DNA of 63,752 nucleotides, filler included, from Asterionella formosa (lineage: Eukaryota), in the NCBI GenBank assembly GCA_002256025.1. It is 18 parts of 18 records of this genome, joined end to end, with 100 filler letters (N's around TTAATTAATTAA, not from the genome) between each part and the next. Parts side by side here need not be neighbours in the genome. Positions count along the whole stretch, not along the records: positions 1,991 to 31,991 come from NKIB01000926.1; 17 more parts are not named here. One strand, written 5' to 3'. Shown piece after piece: positions 10,453 to 23,605 of the stretch (within the stretch, counting starts at the first letter, position 1; every line of letters begins with the position of its first letter). Below the pieces are notes generated by a model that saw only the letters and a list, made by a program, of their open reading frames with translations, was not told the DNA's origin and ran no database searches. Position numbers and translations under genes: made by a program.

Positions 10453-12291
10453 TCACCTGCCATTTAAATCTAAAGCTAGCAATGCACGTTCAAAGTCATC
10501 ATCATCAAACTCATCACACGTTTCTACTGCTTTCGTCACCTCTGGTACTGCTGTTCGAGGCAACAACGTCGTTTCATCAATTTGAGCCAAGTGTTCTTCC
10601 AACAAGGCATCCTCTAAACTTTGGATCACTGGTTCAGGCAAAGGCACTGGCGTTCCTTGAAATCCTCCAATACGACATTCTGGATCATGACACCCTTGAA
10701 TGGCAACCATACCTTGCAAATCTACTTTCCAAAAAATATTATTCGAGGAATGACATTTTCCAACACATTCACACCACCGGTTGCGACTCATTTGGTAAGT
10801 GATACAGTGAGAGATGCCTTGTTCATTGCAATCGATGGACCATGCCCGTATTGAACCTGGTATGCCATGACGAGTCGCGAGTGTCTTCAAAACAAAGGCA
10901 TCCAAAAAGGGGAAAGGAGATGGACCCATGGTGAGGACAGTGGAGCGCGATGCGAGCACATTATAGCATTTGTTCTCCACTTTTCGGTCGATTGTGTCTG
11001 GTAACAAAGGAAAGTCAATTTTAGAACCATTCAGGGGCACAATCAAGGTGGCTGCCAAGGCTTCAGCGTGGTCTGTAAAATCCAAAGATGCCAAAAATGC
11101 CTTTTTATCGAAATCATCTGCCGTTGTAACAATCATTTGAGATTGGGTAATATCAGGAGCATAAAAGGATGCATTTGTGAAATTGATAAAAGGAAATTGA
11201 TTGGTAGTAGCAATATGAAGGGCGGCTGATGCTGGTTTCCCACATTTGGACGATCCTAACAGTCGAAATAGCCGATTACGCGTATATACACCCAAGTCGA
11301 CAAAGCACGTTTTCTTTTCCGACTTGGGAACCGAAACAAACAAAAGATTATATAGAGCCGGTCTCCGTGATTCCAAAATTCCGGTTGCTTGCTCTTCTGC
11401 CAATCTACCCACAAAGGCCTTGACGAATCTGCCAGCTGCGACAGCATCCGGAAACAAGGTCCCATTGGGCAAGTGAACAATCAAATGGCGACTAAATTTC
11501 GTCGAGGTGGAAGATTCCAAATCCACCACGTTCGATCTTGTAATGTTCAAGTCGTAGTTGCTTCGAAGTTCAACCTCCAATTCTTCAATAAAGTCTTTCA
11601 TCAATTGCTCTGTTTCATCTTCCGTCACATTTGGATTGGCAATTTTACTAAATTCCAAATCAAAGTACAGCCGACACGGTGTTTTTTCTCGAATCAACTC
11701 ATAATAATGCCTGGCTTCAGGACATGTTTGTCTCCAATAATGATCCATGAATCGTCCGACATGACCCACCCAATATTTCCTAGTATGCGATGTTTCTTGA
11801 GCAAAGATGCGCGGTTCCATTCCATAGAGAGCCGTGGCGAACCAAGTAGGGTCCGAGTGGCGAGGAAAGTTCCGCTCTTGCTGAAAGGCAACCTTAAATT
11901 GATGTCTAAGTGTCGCTTGTCGAGGCGATGATTTTACAGTATGTTTGGATTGTTTTTTATTAGTTTCTTCTTCGTTGCCAAGAACAGCATCACCTCCTTG
12001 TCCCAAATGCACCAATTGCCATCGATCCAAATCAGTCAATGCCAACTCTTGTAGTGGCCAGCTTTGAAGGGAAGTGAGTTCTCGGTAGGACGATCGCTTC
12101 AAGGTTATTTGATTCGATACAGTCTTTCGTTGTTCTCTAACGACGTGATGTTTGGCATGCTCGAGAGTATGCGCCAGGTGTGCTGGTTGCTGGTTGTGAG
12201 ATGATTTGTGAAAGACAGATGGTGCAAGGCCTGAGGATGGTTTCTTTGAGACTTGTCGCGTCTCTTCCTCTCTCCATGGAAGCGACGACAT
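10453..12291 (-). CDS. PRIMPOL: DNA-directed primase/polymerase PrimPol
   Basis: AEP motifs HYYELI...CRLYFDLEF, KFSRHLI, FVDLGVYTRNRLFRL and UL52-type zinc finger RWCECVGKCHSSN...CHDPEC. Start taken at MSSLPW. Confidence 0.92.
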   Translation of the reverse strand: MSSLPWREEETRQVSKKPSSGLAPSVFHKSSHNQQPAHLAHTLEHAKHHVVREQRKTVSNQITLKRSSYRELTSLQSWPLQELALTDLDRWQLVHLGQGGDAVLGNEEETNKKQSKHTVKSSPRQATLRHQFKVAFQQERNFPRHSDPTWFATALYGMEPRIFAQETSHTRKYWVGHVGRFMDHYWRQTCPEARHYYELIREKTPCRLYFDLEFSKIANPNVTEDETEQLMKDFIEELEVELRSNYDLNITRSNVVDLESSTSTKFSRHLIVHLPNGTLFPDAVAAGRFVKAFVGRLAEEQATGILESRRPALYNLLFVSVPKSEKKTCFVDLGVYTRNRLFRLLGSSKCGKPASAALHIATTNQFPFINFTNASFYAPDITQSQMIVTTADDFDKKAFLASLDFTDHAEALAATLIVPLNGSKIDFPLLPDTIDRKVENKCYNVLASRSTVLTMGPSPFPFLDAFVLKTLATRHGIPGSIRAWSIDCNEQGISHCITYQMSRNRWCECVGKCHSSNNIFWKVDLQGMVAIQGCHDPECRIGGFQGTPVPLPEPVIQSLEDALLEEHLAQIDETTLLPRTAVPEVTKAVETCDEFDDDDFERALLALDLNGR

Positions 12292-12907
12292 GACGAATGA
12301 GGTGTGTTTGTTTGTTTGTTTGATTGAGTGCGAGGGAATAGGGAGGCAATGAACGAGGGACGATGTGAATTTGAATTTGATGATGTGTACCGGTAAATGA
12401 AATCGCGGAGAAAATGTGAGAAATAATAACGGTAATGCAACTGCCAAGGGCGTCGAGTCGACCAGTGACAAAGTACCTGGTACCGGTAGGTATGCTGAAA
12501 TAAGTTTTCAAGCTACGTATAGCAACAATGATGCATGCATTCGCTTGGCGCGAAAATTGGGTGGTGCACATGCTGAGAGCGGATACCACCTGTTACCTGG
12601 TACCGGTACCTGGTACCAGGTACCGATCAAAGACGACTTTTATCTGCATCATGTGGAGTACCGGTGTGTACTAAGAAGTATACAGCAATGTATGTACATG
12701 AACTATTATTTATGATGAATGATGATCGATGCTCACGGTCCATGGAATCTCTGAGAAAGAAAAAAGAGTTTTGCGCCATTTGCTTTATTATTTTCGGCCG
12801 ACTCCTCCTCTACATATTACAAATTTATACTGGCTGGTCGTTGTTCCATCATTTCAACTTATTCAAGTGTTCAGCCAAAGCTCATATTACCCGACAACAC
12901 AATCCTC

Positions 12908-14134
12908 ATGACATCATTGCCTGCTTCTTCCATGTTGGCATCTGCGCATCGGGATGTCCTCGAAGCTCCCATCCCAAACACACCGGAAGGGATTGCTCGA
13001 TTGGTGGAAGAATTGCAACGCCGTGCCAAAGCAGCTGTGGGGTACAAATCTTGGATGGATGCATTGTTGTTGTATTCCAAGGCCATGGAACTGGTCCCCA
13101 ACGACGCGCCCTTGCATTCCAATCGAAGTTTGGTACATTATCAAATGGGACAATTCGAAGAGTCCCGACGGGATGCGCAGCAAGCGGTAGAGTTGGACGG
13201 ACGATACATGAAGGGATATTGGCGACTAGCTCAAGCCTTGTTGCAATTGCACCGAACGGAAGAAGCCTCGGCGGCTATTCAATCTGGCTTGAAGCTAGAA
13301 CCCACAAACAAGGTGTTTTTGAAGGAAAAGCAAAAGTTGAAGCAACAACAACAGGAAGAAGCAGACCTTTTGGCGCTCTGCGACCTAAACAAGGAAGCAG
13401 CGGTGCCGGCGCCGGAACCAGTGATCCCCTCGAAGTTAAAGCCTGCCACCAAGAAGACATCAGCTGCTTCAATCACCATGACCAACACGTCCAAAAGCAT
13501 CGATGATGCTGGGGAGTTTACAAAATCGGATCACGTTAAGGGGTACAAAATTGTCAATGGTAAGAAGACGTCCTTCTTTCACAATGAAATGACGGAACAA
13601 GTCAAGGAACTTATTGGTGATATTGCTCCCAAACGCATTGAGGAACTTCCTAAAGAAGAGACTGCTGCGGTCCCACAAGGAGCTTCCGCCTGGAACAAGG
13701 CGGGGACATGGGAAGAACGAGATGTGACAGTGTGGGCTAAGGAATCGTTGGAACGGGCCTTGATGGAAACGTCGTTCACGTTTCCATCAGAGTGGGGAGC
13801 GTTTGCCAGTATTACAGCGGCTAAAGTGGAGGGAACTGCCTCTTATGCCACTGTGCGAGGCAAAAAGCGTTACATTTATGAATTCAACGTGTCAGTGGAT
13901 TGGACTGTGACGAATTTGCCAAACCACGGAGTTTGCACTGGCACCATGACCTTTCCCGATGTTGATGGCACGTGCGAATTAGGAGATGGATATGAAATGA
14001 CAAACTATAATGTGAAGGAAGGATTGCCAGGCATCACGCCATTGTTAGACCGCTTTGTCAAGAATGGGGGATTGCGAGATTCCCTTCATTCTAGTGTGGA
14101 CGATTGGGTTCGTTACTTTAAAGAAACCTTCTAG
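12908..14134 (+). CDS. TPR repeat + Aha1 N-terminal domain protein (putative Hsp90 co-chaperone)
   Basis: TPR motifs (YSKAMELVP...HSNRSLVHYQMG...YMKGYWRLAQA) followed by SAWNKAGTWEERD and RGKKRYIYEF. Confidence 0.85.
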   Translation: MTSLPASSMLASAHRDVLEAPIPNTPEGIARLVEELQRRAKAAVGYKSWMDALLLYSKAMELVPNDAPLHSNRSLVHYQMGQFEESRRDAQQAVELDGRYMKGYWRLAQALLQLHRTEEASAAIQSGLKLEPTNKVFLKEKQKLKQQQQEEADLLALCDLNKEAAVPAPEPVIPSKLKPATKKTSAASITMTNTSKSIDDAGEFTKSDHVKGYKIVNGKKTSFFHNEMTEQVKELIGDIAPKRIEELPKEETAAVPQGASAWNKAGTWEERDVTVWAKESLERALMETSFTFPSEWGAFASITAAKVEGTASYATVRGKKRYIYEFNVSVDWTVTNLPNHGVCTGTMTFPDVDGTCELGDGYEMTNYNVKEGLPGITPLLDRFVKNGGLRDSLHSSVDDWVRYFKETF

Positions 14135-14661
14135 TTTGGTACGGAGTACAATTTATTTTGTCAAAGGTAATTTAGACATGAAATGATTTCCATCGAGTCT
14201 ACATAGTATAGGTAGTAGGTACCTGGTACCAGGTAGTATACGGACTCACAAACCGGTATTCTGAGCGGTTGCAAGCATGAAGGAAAAAATTATACTCTAC
14301 GGTCTACGTGCCACACCAATACAGGTAATCGGAGTACATACAACATACAACTACCTGCAATTTTCCTTTGCTTTCCTTTTACTACCGGTAACGGTAAGCA
14401 AAGTTGAAGTTTACGAATTCAAAAGTGACGTCACTGATCCGAAATAGCTTGTAGCTATGTGTAGCATCATCATGTACTCCGGATGTCGGTGGTCGCTCAC
14501 AATTTACTACCGTATCAGTACCACCAGTACCGGTAGAATCATTCCAATCATCACAGAGTGTGTTTTCTTTTTCAACAAACAAACAAAATCTCTTGACAGC
14601 ATTCGGATCTGTTTGTTGCTCGTCATTAGCCTCTCCTATCCATATTTATACACCTTACTCC

Positions 14662-15687
14662 ATGCAATCTACTCGTATCCTTCGTCGCCCTATCGCAGTT
14701 TTTCTGAACGCTTCCAGATTGGATTACGATCGCAAGCTAGACTTTTCTCGCCTCCAATCCACATGTGACTTTCGTCGACATGACGTCGACAAGGTCGTAG
14801 ACCACGACGAAATCCTAGAGCAAGTCAAGGATGCTCATATTGTGATAACCAAGGAAATGGAGCTCTCACGAGCCGTCTTTGAAAAGTTTCCTGCATCTGT
14901 CAAATTACTATGTGAGGCCGGAACTGGTTACAATAATTTGCCAGTTTCGGCGGCCCGAGAGCGGGGCGTGGTTGTTTGCAATGTACCAACATACTCGACA
15001 GACGCGGTAGCGCATATGGCCATTACGTATTTGATGAACCTATCGGTCAGTATGTTTGATCAGCAGCGTATGCTGTTGGAGGGGAATCGAGCCAATTTTA
15101 CTGGACCTTTTACGTTGCCCTTGGTGGAAATCAATGGGAAAACACTTGGACTCGTTGGTGGAGCCGGACGTATCGGAAGCAAAGTTGCCGATATCGGGTT
15201 AGCCTTGGGTATGGATATAATCATTAGTAGTCGAGCTGGTAAATTTGCATCGGATCATCGACATGCGACCAATCCCAGGGTCACCGTTGTCAAGGATCTT
15301 GAACCATTGCTAAAAACGAGTGATTTCGTTAGCATTCATTGTCCTCTGAACGAACAAACCCGTGGAAGCTTCGGGCGCACTCAGCTTCAACAAATGAAGA
15401 GATCGGCATTCCTTATCAACACAGCTCGAGGGGCTATCTGTAAGGAGGACGAACTCATTGAGTGCTTGAAGGAAGGTGTAATTGCTGGCGCGGGGTTGGA
15501 TGTCACCACGACAGAACCTCCTCCGATGGATTCGGAGATTTGGAATTTGCCTAACGTGTGGTTGTCACCTCATACTGGTTGGAGACGAATTGAAACGCGT
15601 CAGCGGTTGGTCGACATGACGGCCGACAACATTGAAGCCTTTTGCAAGGCGGAAAACGAGAAGGACATGATTAACGTGGTCAACTAA
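14662..15687 (+). CDS. D-isomer-specific 2-hydroxyacid dehydrogenase (glycerate dehydrogenase-like)
   Basis: GTGYNNL, GLVGGAGRIG, SIHCPLNEQT, FLINTARG, GAGLDV, SPHTGW. Confidence 0.9.
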   Translation: MQSTRILRRPIAVFLNASRLDYDRKLDFSRLQSTCDFRRHDVDKVVDHDEILEQVKDAHIVITKEMELSRAVFEKFPASVKLLCEAGTGYNNLPVSAARERGVVVCNVPTYSTDAVAHMAITYLMNLSVSMFDQQRMLLEGNRANFTGPFTLPLVEINGKTLGLVGGAGRIGSKVADIGLALGMDIIISSRAGKFASDHRHATNPRVTVVKDLEPLLKTSDFVSIHCPLNEQTRGSFGRTQLQQMKRSAFLINTARGAICKEDELIECLKEGVIAGAGLDVTTTEPPPMDSEIWNLPNVWLSPHTGWRRIETRQRLVDMTADNIEAFCKAENEKDMINVVN

Positions 15688-16260
15688 ATTTGCTATTTGA
15701 TTTTGAGGACCATGTGAAAGGAAGCGTATTCATAGTTAGATACCAAATGACATCGTCGATTTGTGTTTAATGGGAAGGACCTAAAGACAAATCTTCTCAA
15801 ATGTTTCGTGAACTGATTGCAAACTTTCTGGATCATCACATAGCATTGTTTGTTCCCGTGGTCACCAAGACTATTATGTAATGGTACGTGAACTACCGGT
15901 ATACCTCTACGTTCGTTTATCCATGACCATGGAATGAATATAACAATGGAAGTTAGACTCAAAGGAAGATTGAATCATGGCTGAGCAACTTAAATCATCA
16001 CAGTCAGCGAAAACATGGGTAAAAAATCTCGAAACAGGCCGACAACCTGCTTTTACGAAAACACTACGGTACCGGTTGATAGACTACACGAGTATTTCCT
16101 GATCTGTTACATCCCGAACATTCATGGTACATCATACGACTCAAATGATCACCAATGGCAGCAAGGTGGTTGAGTATATAAAGATTCGAGAGTCTAGTTT
16201 TCTATTTTCAAACTTGGGAGCTAGTTTTAGGTGGCTTCGTTAGGAGTATGTAATCATACT

Positions 16261-17019
16261 TTAGCAAAAAATCTCCTTAGGCTCTGCATCGAGCAAAATT
16301 TTGAAGTGGTGCCGATGATCTAAGACAAATTGCCGCCATACAGGCCAATCTTGCGGACGTGCGTACTGAAACGGCGTATGTCCTCGCTTATCGCTAATCA
16401 ACAGCAAAGTCGGATCTCTGCGGAGGAGTGCTTCCGCCAATTCTAGTTGTGGCTGAGGGTTCCAGCAAACATCATGAAAGGGCGTGCGGCCACAATCATC
16501 GCGAACGCGAACATTCACTTTGACGTCATCCAACAAGAACTCTCCAATGTCACGAAATCCACGCCGACAGGCCATGTGTAGAAGAGTCTCTCCAAAACGA
16601 TTGCAGCATTCCAAAGACATTTCTTTGTCAGAGTGCAACATCTTGAGTCGTTGCACATCATTCTCGCGCGTCGCTGACACAACGAGAATGTCGTAAGCTG
16701 CAATTTGTTCGTCGGTGATTTGGGGGAAGTAATCTCCGAGGTCGAGAGCTTTTTTCACCTTGGGTTCAATTCCATACATAGCCTTCATCACCTGTCTGAC
16801 AAAATCATCAGGGTTACAGTCGACTTTCGGATCTGGCAGGACAAGCTTTTTATCTTTCTCAATTGAACTTTCGACACGGAGAGATTCTCGAATATCATTT
16901 CCTTCGGCAACATCATTTGAATGAGATCCTTGTCTAGCTCTCTTCGAACACCAAGCTTCACCCGTCAACGTCGACCGCGATTCATTATCTGAACTGCTGT
17001 CCTGCGACTTGCTAGACAT
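16261..17019 (-). CDS. Ankyrin repeat protein
   Basis: NRFGETLLHMACRRG, DDCGRTPFHDVCW, DKRGHTPFQYA. Start uncertain (taken at MSSKSQ). Confidence 0.85.
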   Translation of the reverse strand: MSSKSQDSSSDNESRSTLTGEAWCSKRARQGSHSNDVAEGNDIRESLRVESSIEKDKKLVLPDPKVDCNPDDFVRQVMKAMYGIEPKVKKALDLGDYFPQITDEQIAAYDILVVSATRENDVQRLKMLHSDKEMSLECCNRFGETLLHMACRRGFRDIGEFLLDDVKVNVRVRDDCGRTPFHDVCWNPQPQLELAEALLRRDPTLLLISDKRGHTPFQYARPQDWPVWRQFVLDHRHHFKILLDAEPKEIFC

Positions 17020-18965
17020 GGCGGTACAGGTTCGTTCTCGTGGTGAGGAAGAAAGAGCAGGTGGTTTCGTGATTCGATATCCGGGTTTTATGCCACCTCC
17101 TTGCCAATCAGAAGGGTTTAAATGAGTGAAGTGTCCTGCGCCTTTCCGTTCAATTGGTTGCATCAAGTATCGAGGTAAGTAAAATCGTTTCAAGCCGCAA
17201 TGATCAAAACTCAGCTAATCAATATGAAAACACCAAGATGAAAAGAATGGTATAAAATGAGGCTTGCAGTTTAATTGTGGAAGGAAATTGTTTCGATGAT
17301 GGAATGGTGAAAGTAAGAAAGGATGTGGCTTTTCATTCATCAGTTCTTCTTCACGAAAGAAATGCTGACACAGTGTTGCAGTCTCCTTCGCATGATTGAC
17401 TCTGACTCAGGAAATTTAGGAATGTCTCATTATTCTATGACGGATTATGCTATGGACTCTAAATATTTAGTTAAACACACAACGGAACCCAACTTTTACC
17501 TTTGTTTTCTTTTCTGTTTAGAAAAATGTCATTGCTAGTTTTGTCTAAGACGTCACATTGTTTTGATGTACGCCTCATATCAACTGACATATGACAGTTC
17601 CACCTCAACCCAGTGGCTGGCCCACTCGTGTTTTTTGATTGCCAGCAATCGGTTTTGCGGTTTCTACTCAGCGGCGCGAACCACGTTAGCGCGATGCATG
17701 ATAAGCAGAAGCGAAGCAAGCAGCTGCTCACATCTTTCCACCCAACATAATGACTTATTCCTCGCCACGAACGAAAACTACGTATGTAAAAAAACCACAC
17801 CTAGACCGGCATGTGATAGTACCCGATACCTGGTACTCCCTGGTAACAGTTGTCTACATATGCAGAAGGTCAGTGCAATTTCCATTAAAAAAACAAGCAG
17901 CTGCATGCCATTCTTTTCTTGATACTCCTACTACCACCGGTAGATGAGTTGGTCGTCGCTTGGAAATGCTCGGTGGCGACGAACCATCATACTACTAATG
18001 CAAAAACATCTGTTTTTCGCTGGTTCCCTGCTCACGGTCACTACGATGACCTGGCTTGCCATTCCTTACATGCATGACCTTATATATAATTCTCTCATGG
18101 CTTCGTTGCTACCGCCTTGGCATGATAGTTTCGGTTACTAACACATGAATGACTCGACAGAGAATCACCAGTGGCTACTGCATACGAGCAGCAAGTAGAT
18201 TGTTACTTACCCACGAATGTCGGACAACTGTTGCTGCAGCGTTCTTTACAAAATGGATTTCATTGGTTGACCTCCCGTAGTTTTTTCACTGCACTGATTT
18301 GTCGTCGTCCATCATGCTTGCCCATATGATTGGCTTTGATACGACACGAAAGCTCGTGGCATGGATACTTTTTGTACACTTATCTAACATGATTTTCGTC
18401 TCGGAGAATTATTTTCGAGGGATGGACTCACAGCAAAAGGATTGGTTCGTCGCAGGAGTTTCCATGAACCAGTTGGTATTTACTAACCACCCTATTACCA
18501 GTACTCCATCATCAGAACGACTCACCCGACGTGTTCACCATTAGCGAAACATGTCTTTTTTTCGTTCTCTCACGTTGTACCTTTTCAAATTATGAGACCT
18601 AAAAAGAAATGCATGCCATGCTGGTTGCTTCTTCATTTTGATCTGTGATACTAGATTATAATGTAAAGTTATTTCAAACATTGTGACATGAGGTCATTGA
18701 ATTCGAACAACATGTATCATTACTTTGACGATGTATTACCCCAGTTGAATAGTTATTCCTTGAATCGTTTTCTTTGCCCGTTTGCTGACTTTTGACCCCT
18801 TAAATATATTACACAACGTTATGTACCGGTAATCAAGATATTCTGTGATGGAGTTCTAGATAACGCATTGCGACGGCTTTTGATGGCTGCTGAATCCTGA
18901 ATATCAAAAATGTACTCCAGCAGGGGTACCTAGTACCAGTATGTTAGTATAAATTGTTTTGATGA

Positions 18966-20771
<1,806 letters not shown>

Positions 20772-20923
20772 TGAATCAAAACGGCGTGAATTCATGGACG
20801 CTGTCATTCAAGCTGAGCGAGACTATTACTATTAAAAAAAATTGCTCCAACATTTCATAATGTTAAAAAGCGTTAGTTTAGCTACATAGATAAATTCTTA
20901 CTACCAATTTGCTCCAAGAATTT

Positions 20924-21736
20924 CTAGAAGAATCCCACGCGCTCCTTCTTTTCCGCGGATTCATCTGTAGGAACATCCTTGTTGAATCCCCCCGCCTTGC
21001 CAGTCTTGGTTTTGCCCACACCTAGGGCTGCCTGTCTCAACAGGCCCATTTCCACAGCCGTCTTGCCCCAGTCATACCCATGATTGTTCCCCTCACTCGA
21101 TCTGGCCTTGACTTGATCTTCATTCATACAGGTCAATACACCAAATACAACAGGCGTGTTGGTTTGCAGGCCAACACTCATAAGTCCCGAACTGACCGAT
21201 TCAGCAATGTATTCAAAATGCATAGTATCACCCTTGATCAATACCCCTGTCGCCACAATGGCATCGACAGTCCCACTCATGGCCAGAAATTTCGCAGCCA
21301 GGGGCAGTTCGAAGGATCCAGGCACTTCTGTTTCGAAAATGTTCTCTTCCTTGACTTGGCACTCCGACAGAGCCGACCGGATTCCTGTTACCAACTTGGA
21401 CACGTGCTCGTCATTCCAACGAGTGCGAATAATGCCAATGCGAATGGTATCACCATTCAAGTCGCCAAAGGAAACCTCGGATTCGGCTGCCTGCAATGGT
21501 TGTTGTTGGGAACACACATGTTTGTTAGTGAGGACGATAGTAGAGGAGGAAACACGCGAGATGTACATGAGTAATACGGACACGAAAAACCATGGCGTAG
21601 ATTTTGTGTCCTTGCACTGACTGACCTTTAATGGCGCAACGAATACCGGCGAGCGAACCACGAAGGATGGCTGAAAGGCAGTAGTGGTTGCCGCGAGGGA
21701 CAAAACGGCGAGGAGTACGGTACGCATCTGCATCAT
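20924..21736 (-). CDS. ribH: 6,7-dimethyl-8-ribityllumazine synthase, plastid-targeted; intron 21491-21625
   Basis: RIGIIRTRWN, VPGSFELP, LIKGDTMHFEYI, PVVFGVLT, NHGYDWGKTAVEM. Signal peptide ending TTA-F. Confidence 0.93.
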   Translation of the reverse strand: MMQMRTVLLAVLSLAATTTAFQPSFVVRSPVFVAPLKVSQCKDTKSTPWFFVSVLLMYISRVSSSTIVLTNKHVCSQQQPLQAAESEVSFGDLNGDTIRIGIIRTRWNDEHVSKLVTGIRSALSECQVKEENIFETEVPGSFELPLAAKFLAMSGTVDAIVATGVLIKGDTMHFEYIAESVSSGLMSVGLQTNTPVVFGVLTCMNEDQVKARSSEGNNHGYDWGKTAVEMGLLRQAALGVGKTKTGKAGGFNKDVPTDESAEKKERVGFF

Positions 21737-22257
21737 GGTGGGCGAAACTATACCGGTACTTGGTTTCGATGTTTGTTGCTTCAGAACTATTATATCATAC
21801 ATACATATGAACATAAGAATACCGTATGTATATGATAGCTCTACCAGTAATCCAAACGAACCCTCCTCCAATGATAACGATGACGATGAGATGATGATGG
21901 TCATAGAAGAATCCTTCCCACCACCATCATCATGCATCCACTTCAGGTAGAAGTGGGAGCAGCAGAGCAACAGTTCGACGACTACGATTCGTTAGATTGA
22001 AAGAAATTATACGGGTCCGTACGACGTAGCTCTATGTACTGCGGCGAAAAAAACGGGGTCTACAGCCATATTAATTATACTTACGTAGTTGTTACATAGT
22101 ACCTGGTACCAGGTAGATAACCTTAACACAGACATTTGTAGTCATTCTGCTAGGAAACAGAATTGAAACTATAATACACATCTATCCTATCTACTTATGC
22201 ACTTTGATCCTTCCATGTACTTTTGTGTGCGATTGTTGTGTGTGGCCAACATTTGCT

Positions 22258-23154
22258 TCACTTTGTAGTAGCAGTCCCCAACTCCTCATTGTCCTTATTC
22301 AAAATGATTGGCATTTGATACTTGTACTCTTGCCAAAGATCATCCTTGAGAACTAGTTCCACCATTAAATGAGCCACATTGATACGGCTCACAGAGCCAT
22401 CACTGAATGGACCTCTAGGAGATGTGGGGTGAATGGAGTATCCTGTTACATGATTGGATTCTACCAACACCCCTGGTCGTATCACAGCCCATTCTACTAC
22501 TGCTGTAGTACTGTTTGTTGATGCTTGCAAATAGGCTACTGCTTGTTCATTGTCGGCATGAGGCGGTACCAAATGACGCAGCAACCAAAGCACACCACGT
22601 TCAAATGTTGTCCTACTAGTACCAGTAGTACCAATACCAACACCATTCGATGCCATGAGTAGAAACTTGGCAGGATGATGAGTATTCTTGTTGTTGGTGA
22701 AAATGGTAGTATTTAACAGCCGTTGGACTGCTTCCGTGACAAGCCAATATGGCTTGCCCCAAATACCTTGAACGTCCAATGTGTGGCCCAAGCAACTAAC
22801 AATAGCGTTGCAATCACGAGTCAACTCATTCAAGATGGCGTCAGACAAGTCCAAAAGCGATGCTTCCGTGACCAATAAATGCTCCATAGGAGCCGATGTA
22901 GCAGCTATCAACGATCGTAATTTGGTTTCGTTCCTCACTATAGCCTTGACAACATGTCCTTGCTCCAACAGCATTTGTACAACATGCTTGCCTGTAGCCC
23001 CAGTGGCACCCACCACCAAGACAGTCATTACAGGGCAAGTTTCTTCTGGTTGCACTTGAGCATAATCGTCAGCGACTGTCGACTGCATGTTGGGATGTGT
23101 GAGGAAGAGCAGCAGTTGCAGCAGCACCAGAAGGAGGGAAAATGGGGACTTCAT
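22258..23154 (-). CDS. NAD(P)-binding atypical SDR (flavin reductase/BVR-B-like fold) with N-terminal signal peptide
   Basis: VLVVGATGATG Rossmann motif, EWAVIRPG, VSRINVAHLM; hydrophobic leader; no intron needed. Confidence 0.85.
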   Translation of the reverse strand: MKSPFSLLLVLLQLLLFLTHPNMQSTVADDYAQVQPEETCPVMTVLVVGATGATGKHVVQMLLEQGHVVKAIVRNETKLRSLIAATSAPMEHLLVTEASLLDLSDAILNELTRDCNAIVSCLGHTLDVQGIWGKPYWLVTEAVQRLLNTTIFTNNKNTHHPAKFLLMASNGVGIGTTGTSRTTFERGVLWLLRHLVPPHADNEQAVAYLQASTNSTTAVVEWAVIRPGVLVESNHVTGYSIHPTSPRGPFSDGSVSRINVAHLMVELVLKDDLWQEYKYQMPIILNKDNEELGTATTK

Positions 23155-23605
23155 ATTTGTAAAGATTCATACAAGAATGTAGGGACACATGCATGGGCTT
23201 GAATCCCGTCGAACACTCAAGAATGGACAATGAAATGATGGTGATGAAAAGCAGATAGTGCTCATGATGAAGATTGTACCACTGTTCTGGTAGTTCTCAT
23301 AATCGCTGTCACACGCATCCCATAATGCACTGCGTGCTGCGTGGCAAAAGGATGATGACCCGGTACTTGTATACCGGTATACTACATAGGAGGTACCCGG
23401 TAGCTGTTACTTTATATATTCTCATGTACTGTATATTGAAACAAATCACGGAGTACCTGGTACTCCAACATGGTAACCAGGTAGTAGAAAATAATTCATG
23501 TACATGCAAATGTACTACCGGTATGTACCGTAGAAGTCCGCCCATGTACCGCTAAACTTGCATACATTAGTGGTAGCGTACGTAGTATAGTTAGCATCCG
23601 GTAGC

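Noticed and set aside
12664..13506. 280-aa alternative-frame ORF and similar shadow ORFs over PrimPol, ribH, RUVBL1, PP1
   Set aside because: Overlap well-supported genes and carry no recognisable motifs.
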